Source: an uncultured Planctomycetaceae bacterium (GTDB lineage: Bacteria; Planctomycetota; Phycisphaerae; SM23-33). From it: 64,000 nt of DNA. The stretch is taken from contig CAZXOC010000004.1 of assembly GCA_964642165.1 (NCBI GenBank), positions 2,200-66,199 of the forward strand. Reading direction: 5' to 3'. A model generated the notes under the pieces. The model was not told where the DNA came from, did not search any database, and saw only the letters and a list, made by a program, of their open reading frames with translations. Positions 1 to 9,592 of this stretch are shown here, one piece after another. Numbering within the stretch: position 1 is the stretch's first letter; each line of letters starts with the position of its first letter. The translations under genes and the position numbers were made by a program.

Positions 1-1361
1 TCCGCCCCGACGGCGCCGCTGCGGGTCGGCTGGGTAACGAACGACCCGTCGCCGCACCAGGCCAGCGTGAACCACCACCGGTGGTAGTCCATCAGGCGGC
101 GGAAGCCCCGGGGATTGCCGACGGCCACGCCCAGGGCCGACCACATCATCCCCACGCCGCCCGAGCCGTGCGTGTCGGGGAACCACTTGGGGTAGTCGGC
201 GATGTACTTGGCCGTGTGCCGGACGTAGGCGTCGTACGTGCCGTCGCGGTCGCACAGCCAGTGGCCCAGGGCGGCGGCCCCGGTCCGCCCGAAGTCGGCG
301 TTGTTCATCCCGTGAAGGTCGTAGAACTCCCGCCGGTTGTAGCAGACGTACCCGTTGCGGCAGGTGATGGCGGTGAGGAACTCGTGGACCGCGTCGAGGC
401 GCCCGCGATCGATCGCCACGCCGCACCGCTCGATCAGCCCCCAGGCGATCATCATCTGGCCGGACATGATGCTCAGCTCGTTGTAGCCGCCCCAGTCCAC
501 GTCGCCGACCTTCAGGTGCTGCGTGGCGCCGTTGGGCGAGAGGTTCCGCACCATGCCCCATTGGATCCGCTTCAGCGCGGGAATCACGCGCTCGTCGCCG
601 GTGGCCAGGTAGTACTCCGCCAGGAAGACCCCGCTGTACGTCAGCCGCCAGTTGTGCAGGCCTCGCGCGTACGGCTGGATCTTCATCTGCCGCTCGACCG
701 CCCGGCGGACGTTGCCGGCATACTTCGCCTCGCCGCTGCCCAGCAGCACCAGCCCGGCCGCCGAGGTCACGATCCAGTCGCCCTGCCAACTGCCGTCGGG
801 CCTCTGGCGCCCGGCGAGGTAGTCGCACAGCTCGCGGAACAGCAGATCGCTCCGGGCGCAGCGGGCGGGGTACGTCGGGCTGAACTTGCCGATGGTTCGC
901 AGCTTCAGCGTGACGGGGCGGGCCTTGCCGTCGCGACGCACGGTGAGCCTGAGCATGCCGTCGGCGCCCTCGGCCGCCTCGATCGCGCCGCCGAGGTCCA
1001 TCAGCGGCCCTTCGCCGCCGCAGTTCTTGTAGCCCCAGCCGAACTTGTGCGGCGTTTCGAAGGCCTTGCCGCCCGCGCCGACAATCACGTCGCCCACCTT
1101 CAGCTTCCCGTCGGCCGGCGTGCCCTTAAAGACATACCGCACCTCGAGCGACCGGGCGTCCAGCTTCGCCCGCGCGCCGGTCTGGCCGAGGTTCACGAAC
1201 GAGCCGGGCACCTGGTTGTCCGGCTCGAAGCGCGTCTTGCGATCCCACGGGTAGTTCTTGCTGATGCCCCACGCCGAGGAGGCGGCCAGGGCGATGGCGA
1301 CGACCGTTGACCCCATGCCCCACCGCGACACACACGACAACGACTCTGCTTGCTGTTTCAT
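1..1361 (-). CDS. secreted PDZ-like + alpha/alpha-toroid (prenyltransferase/terpene-cyclase-like repeat) protein; 3' end lies outside the window
   Basis: Absent from the ORF track because it runs off the left edge. Hand translation of the reverse strand from ATG 1359-1361 gives MKQQAESLSCVSRWGMGSTVVAIALAASSAWG (signal-like), GKLKVGDVIVGAGGKAF (PDZ-like) and LAGRQRPDGSWQGDW (DGSW toroid-repeat-like). I spot-checked the frame at several points, down to base 1. The + ORF 81..1310 is its antisense shadow. Confidence 0.7.
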   Translation of the reverse strand, partial: MKQQAESLSCVSRWGMGSTVVAIALAASSAWGISKNYPWDRKTRFEPDNQVPGSFVNLGQTGARAKLDARSLEVRYVFKGTPADGKLKVGDVIVGAGGKAFETPHKFGWGYKNCGGEGPLMDLGGAIEAAEGADGMLRLTVRRDGKARPVTLKLRTIGKFSPTYPARCARSDLLFRELCDYLAGRQRPDGSWQGDWIVTSAAGLVLLGSGEAKYAGNVRRAVERQMKIQPYARGLHNWRLTYSGVFLAEYYLATGDERVIPALKRIQWGMVRNLSPNGATQHLKVGDVDWGGYNELSIMSGQMMIAWGLIERCGVAIDRGRLDAVHEFLTAITCRNGYVCYNRREFYDLHGMNNADFGRTGAAALGHWLCDRDGTYDAYVRHTAKYIADYPKWFPDTHGSGGVGMMWSALGVAVGNPRGFRRLMDYHRWWFTLAWCGDGSFVTQPTRSGAVGA

Positions 1362-1382
1362 CTCTGCACTTGCTCCCATGAG

Positions 1383-3383
1383 TCAGGCGGGGCGGAGCGT
1401 CAGGCGGACGGGCCGTTCGGCTTCCAGGCGTGTCCACACGATCAGGTCGGTTCCGTCGACGCGCCGGCGATGGCCGAAGCGGAAGTCGCGCCCTCGCGGG
1501 ACGGCCTCGCCGTCGACCTCGAGCGAGGCGCCCGCCTCGGGCCAGTCGGCCACGACCAGGGCGGGGTTGATGACGGGCGACTCGCCGCTGCCGGCCAGCT
1601 CGATCGCCAGAGGCGCCGCGTCGTCCGCGCCGACGCGCGTCAGGCGGTAGGCCCGCTGGCTGAGGTCGAAGCCGGCGCTCGAGAAGCCGCCGCCCTCGGT
1701 GCGCAGCTCGGGCGCCCGCGTCCAGCCCTTCGCGATCGTGACCAGTCGCTCGATCGGCGCCTCCGTCATGCCGTACAGGCCGTTCCACCACAGCCGCCCG
1801 GCCGCCTCGTGCAGCGGAGGGTACGAGATCGGGAAGCCCAGGAAGCTCGTCGCGCGGTCGGCGGCCTGGCTGGTCCGCCCGTCGCAGATCGCCTGCCCGA
1901 CGGGCCAGTGGCAGCACGAGCCGGGCCCCGACAGGGCCGCCAGGGGCTTGTGGACCGTGTGGCACATGCGGTTGCCGGGCTCGAAGATGATGAACGGCCT
2001 TGCCCGCGACCGGAAGTGGTGCATCTGGATCGTGAGGTCCTCGGGCAGGACGGGCTCGGCGGCCTTGGGGTCCTCGACGAACGACAGGACGCCGGTCTCG
2101 CCCTTCAGGTTGGCCACGGTGGCGTAGTCCGTGTCGATCACGTCGCCCTGGAGCTGCCCCGGATGACACAGCGGGATCGACTCCTGGAACTGCCTCGGCT
2201 CGCCGAGCGTCCCCCGGGCCCACGTGACCTTCCGAACGCCCGTCACGTCCGGGTAGAAGTAGTAGTACTCGTCGATCCAGCAGGCCCAGTCGGTCCTCTC
2301 GTCCACGCGCCAGTGCCGGCCGTGGGCGCTGACCGGGGCGTACCGCCAGTGCACGACGACGCGGGCGTCGGTGTTCTCGATGATGCGGACGTGCGAGTAG
2401 CGGCAGTGGCGGTCCTGCATGTGCTCGAAGCAGCCCTCCCGGTCGTTCCAGGCCTCGACGCTCTGGTCGGCCATCCACAGGCCGTTCTCGGAGACCCACG
2501 CCGGCGAGTACCGCGTCCCGCGCCAGAACACGACCCGCGCGGGCGACTCGTCGAACCGCACGAGCACGTCCGGGTCCGGGCCGACGCGCCAGAGCGCATC
2601 CCACTCGGGATAGTATTCGAGCGTGCCGTAGTACGCGCCGAACCGTCCCGGGCCGGCCGGGCCGGAGGGCATGACGCGCGGCGGCAGGTCGGGGGCCGCG
2701 GTTGGAGGGCTCGCCGAGCGGGCCGCCCGGACCTCCTCGGCGCTCAGCGCCCTGTCGTGGAGCTTCAGCTCGTCCAGCAAGCCGTCCAGCGAGAACCACG
2801 ACGCCAGCGTGCCTTGCTCCCGGTGAATGTGGGAGGGCTTTCGCGGCCCGTCGTTCATTCCGATCCGCAGGTCGGCGCCCTCGGCGTACGTCGGCTCGCC
2901 CGTCACGTCCAGGCGCCCGGCCTGTCTGCCGCTGACGTACACCGTCAGCCCGTCGGCGGCATGGAACGTCGCGGCCACGTGGACCCATTCGCGCAGCGGG
3001 ATGGCGAACTCCCCGCAGGAGCACACGCGCCACTCCCCGCCGGCGGCGAGCTCGAGGGCGACTTCGCCCCGCGGCCCGACGGCGAACCGGTACCCGGCCC
3101 GGTCGCCGCGGGCCTGGCCGATGATCGGGCACCAGTTCCACGGGTACGCCGCCAGCGCGACCCACGCCTCGACGGTGAAGGCCTCGCCCAGCTTCGGCGC
3201 CTTCGCCGCTTCGCGCGTGATGAGCGTCGTGAACCCGTCCAGCTTCAGGGCCGAGCCCGTCACGCCCGGTACGAGGGCGTGGTTGCCGTCGATGCGGTCG
3301 GCGACCTGCGCCGCACAGTCCCACGCGACGGCCGGATCGCTTCCCTCGAAACGCCACCAGGCCACCGGCACGGGAGCACCCAT
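1383..3383 (-). CDS. LamG/concanavalin-A-like lectin domain protein with a large uncharacterised C-terminal domain; no signal peptide seen
   Basis: ORF 1383..3482. LamG pattern: LKLDGFTTLI..FTVEAWVALAAY..WVHVAATFHAADGLTVYVSGRQ..LRIGMN..LDELKLHDRALSAEEV. I prefer ATG at 3383 (MGAPVPVAWWRFEG) because the 33 codons upstream have AT-rich third positions, unlike the rest of the gene. A GTG at 3482 overlapping the upstream stop by 4 nt is the alternative. Confidence 0.8.
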   Translation of the reverse strand: MGAPVPVAWWRFEGSDPAVAWDCAAQVADRIDGNHALVPGVTGSALKLDGFTTLITREAAKAPKLGEAFTVEAWVALAAYPWNWCPIIGQARGDRAGYRFAVGPRGEVALELAAGGEWRVCSCGEFAIPLREWVHVAATFHAADGLTVYVSGRQAGRLDVTGEPTYAEGADLRIGMNDGPRKPSHIHREQGTLASWFSLDGLLDELKLHDRALSAEEVRAARSASPPTAAPDLPPRVMPSGPAGPGRFGAYYGTLEYYPEWDALWRVGPDPDVLVRFDESPARVVFWRGTRYSPAWVSENGLWMADQSVEAWNDREGCFEHMQDRHCRYSHVRIIENTDARVVVHWRYAPVSAHGRHWRVDERTDWACWIDEYYYFYPDVTGVRKVTWARGTLGEPRQFQESIPLCHPGQLQGDVIDTDYATVANLKGETGVLSFVEDPKAAEPVLPEDLTIQMHHFRSRARPFIIFEPGNRMCHTVHKPLAALSGPGSCCHWPVGQAICDGRTSQAADRATSFLGFPISYPPLHEAAGRLWWNGLYGMTEAPIERLVTIAKGWTRAPELRTEGGGFSSAGFDLSQRAYRLTRVGADDAAPLAIELAGSGESPVINPALVVADWPEAGASLEVDGEAVPRGRDFRFGHRRRVDGTDLIVWTRLEAERPVRLTLRPA

Positions 3384-3478
3384 CTCGCCGTCCCCGTTCT
3401 CGCGGCTTTCAGTACGTCTCAATTCAGGACCTTTCGTGTTTCCGTGCGCTCTGTCTTCCCTGTCGCGGAGAATCGCGC

Positions 3479-4618
3479 TCACCTGCCGGCGTACGGGTCG
3501 GCGGCGTCGCGCAGGCCGTCACCCACGAAGTTGAAGCACAGGACCGTCATCGTGATCATCACGACGGGGGCCATGAGCCAGGGATAGCATCGCACCGCCT
3601 CGATGTCCATGCAGTCCTGGAGAATGACGCCCCAACTGACCACGGGCTCGCGAAGCCCCAGGCCCAGGAAGCTCAGGCTCGTCTCGCCGAGGATCACGCC
3701 GGGCACGGCCAGCGTCAGCGAGACGATGATGTGGCTGGTGAAGCCCGGCAGCAGGTGGCGGAAGATGATGCGGGAATGCCCGGCCCCCAGCAGCCGGGCC
3801 GCCGCGGTGTAGTCCTCCTCGCGCAGCGAGAGGATCTTGCCGCGCACCACGCGCGCCAGGCCGGTCCAGCTCAACAGCCCCAGCGCGACGGTGATGCCGA
3901 AGTAGGTCTTCAGCGGCGACCAGTCGTTGGGCACGGCCGCCCCCAGCGCCAGCCACATCGGCAGGCGGGGGAAGGAGTTGATGATCTCGATGAGCCGTTG
4001 GATGATCGTGTCGGTGCGGCCGGACAGGTACCCGCTGATCCCCCCGATCGCCAGCCCGAGGACGAAGGTCACCGCGATGCCGACCAGCCCCACGGACAGC
4101 GAGACGCGGGCGCCGTGGAGGACCCGGCTGAGCAGGTCCCGCCCGTACCGGTCGGCGCCGAGGAACAGGAAGGGGCGTCGCCGGCTGGCGGGGGTCCACC
4201 CGTTCTTCTCGGGATCCGCCCCGCAGAAGTGCGTTCGGCAGGGCACGAGCCCGAGCAGGCGGTACTCGTCTCCCTGGACGAAGAAGCCGAGCTTCAGCAC
4301 CTCGCCGGGCCGGCGGACGTACGTCTGGCGCAGCGTGACGGGATCGACGTGCTGCCGGAGCATGGGGGCGTACAGCCCGCCGTGCCGCAGGCTGAAGCGA
4401 ACCGATTGGGGCGGGCAGAAGGCGTAATCGAGGTCCTTGCGATCGGTGCTCTGGGGCGCGAAGAAGCCGGCGAACACCGCCACGAAGTAGAGGAAGCCGA
4501 CGACGGACAGCGCCACGACGGCCAGCTTGTGCCTGTGGAATCGTCGCCAGATCAGCCGGCGCTGCGAGAGCACCCCCGCGGAGGTCCCGTCGCGCGATCG
4601 CCCGGGGAGGATCCTCAT
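3479..4618 (-). CDS. ABC transporter permease, DppC/OppC-like
   Basis: C-terminal 379 aa of track ORF 3479..8071, starting at MRILPGRS. Shows the DppC/OppC-like N-terminal region, multiple TM segments and the EAA-type loop (TAAARLLGAGHSRIIFRHLLP). Its ATG overlaps the upstream stop (ATGA at 4615-4618). Confidence 0.9.
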   Translation of the reverse strand: MRILPGRSRDGTSAGVLSQRRLIWRRFHRHKLAVVALSVVGFLYFVAVFAGFFAPQSTDRKDLDYAFCPPQSVRFSLRHGGLYAPMLRQHVDPVTLRQTYVRRPGEVLKLGFFVQGDEYRLLGLVPCRTHFCGADPEKNGWTPASRRRPFLFLGADRYGRDLLSRVLHGARVSLSVGLVGIAVTFVLGLAIGGISGYLSGRTDTIIQRLIEIINSFPRLPMWLALGAAVPNDWSPLKTYFGITVALGLLSWTGLARVVRGKILSLREEDYTAAARLLGAGHSRIIFRHLLPGFTSHIIVSLTLAVPGVILGETSLSFLGLGLREPVVSWGVILQDCMDIEAVRCYPWLMAPVVMITMTVLCFNFVGDGLRDAADPYAGR

Positions 4619-7600
4619 CGGCTGCCTCCTCCGAAGCGGATCCGCGGGTCCAGCCACAGCAGCAGCAGGTCGCTGACCAGCGTGCCGAGCACGCCGAGGA
4701 GGCTGAGGACCATCAGCATGGACCCGGCCATGTACATGTCCTGGCTGAACAGCGCGGTGATCATGAGCGGCCCGACGGTGGGCAGCGACAGGACGATGGC
4801 GACGATCGACCCGCCGGACACCAGCCGCGGGAACAGCCCGCCGATCGACGAGATGAACGGGTTCAGCGCCATCCGGACCGGGTACTTGAACAGCAGCTTC
4901 ATGGGGCGGACGCCCTTGGCCATGGCCGTGACGACGTAGGGCTTCTTCAGCTCGTCCAGCAGGTTGGCGCGCATGACGCGGATCATGCCCGCCGTGCCGG
5001 TCACGCCCATGACGAGCACGGGGATCCAGATGTGCTTGAGCAGGTCGAGCACCTTGCCCACGTCCCACTCGGGCCGGGCGACGTACTCGGCGGAGAAGAG
5101 GCCCTCGATGTCGGTGACCGCCGCCAGGACCAGCGCCAGGAGGAACCCCGGAATGCACATGCCCAGGAAGCCGACGAACGTGAAGAGGTAGTCCCCGGGC
5201 GAGTACTGCTTCACGGCCGAGTAGATGCCGATGGGAATCGCCACCGCCCAGGTGAACAGGATCGTGCCGAGCGAGATGAAGAAGGTCAGCACGATGCGGT
5301 CGCCGATGACGGCGTTGATCTCCTTCAGCGTCTCCATGGACCGGCCGAGGTTGCCCTGGAGCAGCCCGCGGTCCTTCTCGTCGAACGTGGCGAACCAGTG
5401 GAAGCCCATCCAGCGCCCGTACTGCTTCCAGGCCGGCTCCTCGTAGTGGAACATCCGCCGGAGGTCGTTCAGCTCCTCCTGGACGCGGGCGGAGTCCATG
5501 CCGGCTTCCTCCAGTTGCACGATCCGCGCGGTGAGGAAGTCGCCCGGCGGCAACTGGATGATGACGAACGCGCTGATGGAGATGATCAGCAAGGTGGGGA
5601 CCATGATGAGCAGCCGGCGGGCGATGTACGGGTGCCGCACCACGACCAGCAGGCCGAACAGGGCGACGACGCCGACGATCAGCCAGCGGATGACGGAGCC
5701 GCCGACGTGTGTTCCCGCTTCCCTCGGCCGCAGCGGCTCGGGGCTCCGCAGGGCGTCCATGATCGCCGCGCGCGCCCCGGGCGTGTGCTTGCGGTCGGCC
5801 CGGCGGGCGAAGAAGAACGTCTCCGGCGCCAGGTGGGACGGCGGGGTGAAGACCTCCCCCGCGAGGGCCTTGCGCGGCACGTTGCGAAAGCCCTCCTTGA
5901 CCACCGCCAACTGCGGCGGCGCGGTGGCGACGCTGATGCTCCAGACGTTCTCCGCCGCGATGTCGAGGACCTGGTTGAAGACGCGCCGCTGGTCGGCCAG
6001 CGAGGAGGCCTGCCGGGCCCGTTCGTAGAGGGCGATGGCCCGGTGCATCGGGTGGTCCCTGGGGACGGGGATGGCGCCGCGTTCCAGCGCGCCCCCGTCC
6101 TTCTTGTAGTAGCCGCCCTGGTAGTACCACGAGCCCCACCGCGTGGCGTAGTAGGCCCCCGCGTCGGTGGGCACGTACAGCCGGGCCGACAGCAGCGGTG
6201 TGAACTCGCAGCCGGAGAAGTACACGTTGAGGTCGAAATTGGCGGTGTTCTTGTCGACGATGAACAGCGACCGTGCCCGGTGGCGCGGCAGCACGCGAAG
6301 GCCGACCTTCGCCCAGTCGTCCACGACGAACTGGCTGGGGCCGAAGCCGGTGTTCTCGCAGTAATCCAGGTAGAACGTCATCTGCGTGCCGTCGGGGAAG
6401 GTGCGGAAGTGCTCCCGGTCGCGGCGGGCCGGGTCGCCGCCGAGGTCGCGCCACAGCTCGTCCAGCAGCCGGCCGGCCTCGTCGGGGTCGTGCCGGACGA
6501 ACGCGTTGGCGGACCGGTCGTGACGGAAGGGGCTCCCCTCGCCCGGCGAGACCTGCGAGGGGCGGCCCTGGCCCTTGTACTCCGCGCGGATGCACAGTTC
6601 CCGGTCGATCGCCAGCGACAGCGCCTGCCGGAACCGCTTGTCCGCCAGGAGCTTCGCCTTCCAGCGCGTCGCGGGGTCGCCGGGGTGCACCACGCGGATG
6701 AGGTTGGGGAAGATGACGTAGTTGCTTCGCTGGCCCGGGTACCAGTGCAGCACCTCGTAGCCGTTGAGGCGCCGGCGGCTCATCAGCTCGGTGTAGTCGC
6801 GGTAGCGGACGTTCGTCGACTGCATGGTGATCTTCCCGCCGGCGATGGTCTGCGGGAGCATCTTGTCGAGCTTGACGTCGATGAGGACCTGGTCGACGTA
6901 GGGCAACTGGTTGCCGTTGGCGTCGACCGCGCCGTAGTAGGGATTGCGCACCAGCATCATCGGCGGGACGGTCTGCCGCTTGCGGCACAGCCACGGGCGG
7001 AGGCTCGGGAGCTCCGGGTTGTCCAGCCCGCGGACCAGCGCGTACACCGCCCGGCGCGTGCCGAGACGGTGCGCGCGGAGGATCTCGCCGATCCTCTCCT
7101 CGTCGCCGATCTTGGGGTCGGGGTGGTACTGCCGGAGGTAGTGCTCCGGGGAGTACAGGATGTCGCCGCCGCGGGTGAGGATCTCGGGAAACAGGCCGTA
7201 CGGCTCCTGGAAGGTGAACTTCACGTGGTACTTGTCCACCCGTTCCAGCGTGCCGGGCTTCCCGCCGGGCTGCATCCACGGCGGGGGAGAGCCGCCGAGG
7301 GTCTTGTCCAGGGCCTCGCACCGCCACCAGTACAGGATGTCGTCGGCGTCGACCTCGTGGCCGTCGGAGTAGCGCAGCCCCTTGCGCAGCGCGAGGATGA
7401 ACTCCCGGTCGCCGTTGCGGGACTCCAGTCCCTTGGCGAAGTGCGGGCGGATGGGGTAGCCCTGCGGCGACCACTGGAACAGCCCGCAGCCGGACATCTG
7501 CCAGGTGAACGCGATGATCTCGTTGACGGTCAGCCCCGCCCGCAGCCACGTGCCCCCGTACTCGCCGATGCCGTCGACGCCCTTCAGGACGATCGGTTCG

Positions 7601-8019
7601 GGTCCGACCCGCCGGGCCACCGGGGGCAGCGAGCCCTCGCGGACCAGTTCCGCCAACAGCGGCGATTCGCGACGCGGGTACCAGCTCGCCAGCTTGCCCT
7701 CCCGAACGAGCCGCTCGGCCAGGTCGGCCGGGATGTGGTCCTCGCCCGCCGGGCGGAGGGCCGCGGCCGCGTCGCGCTGGCTCTGGGGGACGTCGACGTG
7801 GACGATCACCGGCCGGTTCGCATCCAGGGCAATGTCCCGAAGCGCCCGGGCCTCGGCCAGCTCGGCGGGCGTGTAGGACGGGGGCGGACGGTCGGTGTCC
7901 GGCTGGACCAGCCAGGCGAAGATCGCCAGCACGGCGAGGACGATCAACCCGCCGGCCAGCCAACTCAGGCGACGCAGCGCCGCCCCGACCGCCTGGATGG
8001 CACGACCTGACCTGACCAT
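4615..8019 (-). CDS. fused ABC transporter: membrane-anchored family-5 (OppA/DppA-like) substrate-binding domain + DppB/OppB-like permease
   Basis: Single 1134-aa ORF. Order: N-terminal TM (LAGGLIVLAVLAIFAWLV), about 600 aa of SBP-like sequence (KGLRYSDGHEVDADDILYWW, NPYYGAVDANGNQLPYVD), an extra TM (RWLIVGVVALFGLLVVV), then a canonical OppB start (YIARRLLIMVPTLLIISISAFVIIQLPPGDF) and permease body. Confidence 0.85.
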   Translation of the reverse strand: MVRSGRAIQAVGAALRRLSWLAGGLIVLAVLAIFAWLVQPDTDRPPPSYTPAELAEARALRDIALDANRPVIVHVDVPQSQRDAAAALRPAGEDHIPADLAERLVREGKLASWYPRRESPLLAELVREGSLPPVARRVGPEPIVLKGVDGIGEYGGTWLRAGLTVNEIIAFTWQMSGCGLFQWSPQGYPIRPHFAKGLESRNGDREFILALRKGLRYSDGHEVDADDILYWWRCEALDKTLGGSPPPWMQPGGKPGTLERVDKYHVKFTFQEPYGLFPEILTRGGDILYSPEHYLRQYHPDPKIGDEERIGEILRAHRLGTRRAVYALVRGLDNPELPSLRPWLCRKRQTVPPMMLVRNPYYGAVDANGNQLPYVDQVLIDVKLDKMLPQTIAGGKITMQSTNVRYRDYTELMSRRRLNGYEVLHWYPGQRSNYVIFPNLIRVVHPGDPATRWKAKLLADKRFRQALSLAIDRELCIRAEYKGQGRPSQVSPGEGSPFRHDRSANAFVRHDPDEAGRLLDELWRDLGGDPARRDREHFRTFPDGTQMTFYLDYCENTGFGPSQFVVDDWAKVGLRVLPRHRARSLFIVDKNTANFDLNVYFSGCEFTPLLSARLYVPTDAGAYYATRWGSWYYQGGYYKKDGGALERGAIPVPRDHPMHRAIALYERARQASSLADQRRVFNQVLDIAAENVWSISVATAPPQLAVVKEGFRNVPRKALAGEVFTPPSHLAPETFFFARRADRKHTPGARAAIMDALRSPEPLRPREAGTHVGGSVIRWLIVGVVALFGLLVVVRHPYIARRLLIMVPTLLIISISAFVIIQLPPGDFLTARIVQLEEAGMDSARVQEELNDLRRMFHYEEPAWKQYGRWMGFHWFATFDEKDRGLLQGNLGRSMETLKEINAVIGDRIVLTFFISLGTILFTWAVAIPIGIYSAVKQYSPGDYLFTFVGFLGMCIPGFLLALVLAAVTDIEGLFSAEYVARPEWDVGKVLDLLKHIWIPVLVMGVTGTAGMIRVMRANLLDELKKPYVVTAMAKGVRPMKLLFKYPVRMALNPFISSIGGLFPRLVSGGSIVAIVLSLPTVGPLMITALFSQDMYMAGSMLMVLSLLGVLGTLVSDLLLLWLDPRIRFGGGSR

Positions 8020-8244
8020 CGCACTCCGCGCTGCGTGAGGCAGCCGGGGCCGCCGCCTTTTTCCGGGGCACGCGCCCCGGGAACTTCGTGCATCGGACCC
8101 GACGTGCTGCTAGAGAATAACCGTCCTCCCGGGCGTTTGGCCATGCCGGGGGCGTCGCGGAGGCCCGGGCGGATCGTCCGGCGAGAAGTCGCCGCCCGCC
8201 TCGGGGGCCTCGACGACGCCCCCGGACACAGACGAGAGGCAGCG

Positions 8245-9576
8245 ATGCTGAAGATCGTATTTATCGGCGCCGGCAGCCAGTTCGGCGCGACGTCGTTCGT
8301 GGACATCCTGTCCTTCGAGGCCCTGCGCGACAGCGAGGTCGTGCTGGTCGACGTCAATCCCAACCACCTGAGGCCCGTGGCGGCGTACGCCAGGAAGGTG
8401 GCCGAGCACCACGGCGCGCCGACGAAGATCGCCGAGGCCCCGGACTGGCGCGACGGCGCGCTGGACGGGGCCGACTTCGTCATCACCTCCTTCGCCCAGG
8501 GAGGCCCGGCCTATCGCGGCGAGCCGTTCCGCAGCGACATCTGCATCCCGCTGGCCCGCGGCATCCAGCAGAACGTGGGCGACACGGTCGGGCTGGGCGG
8601 CGTCCTGCGGATGATGCGCACCGCGCCGGAGCTGGTCGCCATCGCGAGGGACATGGAGCGCCGCTGCCCCCGCGCCGTGCTCATCAACTACGTCAACCCC
8701 ATGAGCATGCTGACGCGGATCCTGAACCTGGCGTGCCCGGCCGTACGCTCCTACGGGCTGTGCCACAACATCCAGGGCGGCATCCGCGAGATCGCCCACT
8801 ACGTCGGCTGCACGCACAAGGACCTTCGCTTCGAGGCCGCCGGGGTGAATCACCTGGACTGGTTCCTCCGCGTGGAGTACCTCGACGGGCGCGACGCCTA
8901 CCCGGACCTGCGCCGGGCGGGCGAGGACCCCGCGAACTACCGCCGCTGCGCGTCGAAGTTCGAGCTGCTGAAGCACTTCGGCTACTGGTCGGCCGAGGGC
9001 CCCGGGCACGTCGCCGAGTACGTCCCCTACTTCCTGCCGCGCGACGAGGACCGCGAGTCGATCTTCGTCAAGAAGCGTCAGCCGCCGCCGGCGTGGGACG
9101 AGACCCACCCGCGTTGGGCGGCGGACTCCGACCTCGTCCAGCAGCTCGACGGGCGCAAGGCGATGGACCTGAAGCGCTCCTGCGAGTACGGCGCGCACCT
9201 CATCCACGCGGCGAGGAGCGACAACGTCCACCGCATGCACCTGAACGTGATGAACGCCGGGCTCATCGCGAACTTCCCCGACGACACGTGCGTGGAGGTC
9301 TGCTGCACGGCCGACCGGGCGGGGGTGCACCCGCACCGCGTGGGACGGATGCCCGTGGCGTTGGCGGCCCTGTGCCGCGGCATGGCCGACATGCAGACGC
9401 TGGCCGGCGACGCCTTCCTCGAGCGGGACCTGCACAAGGCGTTCCTCGCCTGCGTGCTGGATCCGGCGACCGCCGCGTCCGCCGCCCCGGCCCGCATCCG
9501 CGAGTGCTTCAACGAGCTGCTCGAAGCGCAGCGGCCACTGCTCGAGCCCTACTGGGGCAAGGCGCTGCGCGTCTAG
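8245..9576 (+). CDS. glycoside hydrolase family 4 (NAD/Mn-dependent alpha-glucosidase/galactosidase-type)
   Basis: ORF 8035..9576, trimmed to ATG 8245. Rossmann start MLKIVFIGAGSQFG, GH4-type GLCHNIQG Cys-His motif, INYVNPM. Confidence 0.9.
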   Translation: MLKIVFIGAGSQFGATSFVDILSFEALRDSEVVLVDVNPNHLRPVAAYARKVAEHHGAPTKIAEAPDWRDGALDGADFVITSFAQGGPAYRGEPFRSDICIPLARGIQQNVGDTVGLGGVLRMMRTAPELVAIARDMERRCPRAVLINYVNPMSMLTRILNLACPAVRSYGLCHNIQGGIREIAHYVGCTHKDLRFEAAGVNHLDWFLRVEYLDGRDAYPDLRRAGEDPANYRRCASKFELLKHFGYWSAEGPGHVAEYVPYFLPRDEDRESIFVKKRQPPPAWDETHPRWAADSDLVQQLDGRKAMDLKRSCEYGAHLIHAARSDNVHRMHLNVMNAGLIANFPDDTCVEVCCTADRAGVHPHRVGRMPVALAALCRGMADMQTLAGDAFLERDLHKAFLACVLDPATAASAAPARIRECFNELLEAQRPLLEPYWGKALRV

Positions 9577-9592
9577 GCGAGGCCGGTGGGCC

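Noticed and set aside
3384-3482. GTG start at 3482 for the LamG protein (GTGA overlap with the permease stop)
   Set aside because: The 33 extra codons have AT-rich third positions, unlike genuine coding sequence here. The overlap pattern does match other operon junctions, so it remains a possible alternative.
81-3587. Long ORFs 81..1310(+), 1126..3357(-), 1350..3587(+) and smaller ones overlapping them
   Set aside because: Extreme Arg/Pro/Gly/Ala/His composition with no motifs. They are alternative-frame or antisense shadows of the two real minus-strand genes (1..1361 and 1383..3383), as expected in high-GC DNA.
4619-8071. The upstream ~1150 aa of the 1530-aa ORF 3479..8071, and the 992-aa + ORF 5032..8010
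   Set aside because: Only the last 379 aa (from MRILPGRS) look like protein. The rest is an Arg/Pro-rich shadow of the real SBP-permease frame 4615..8019.
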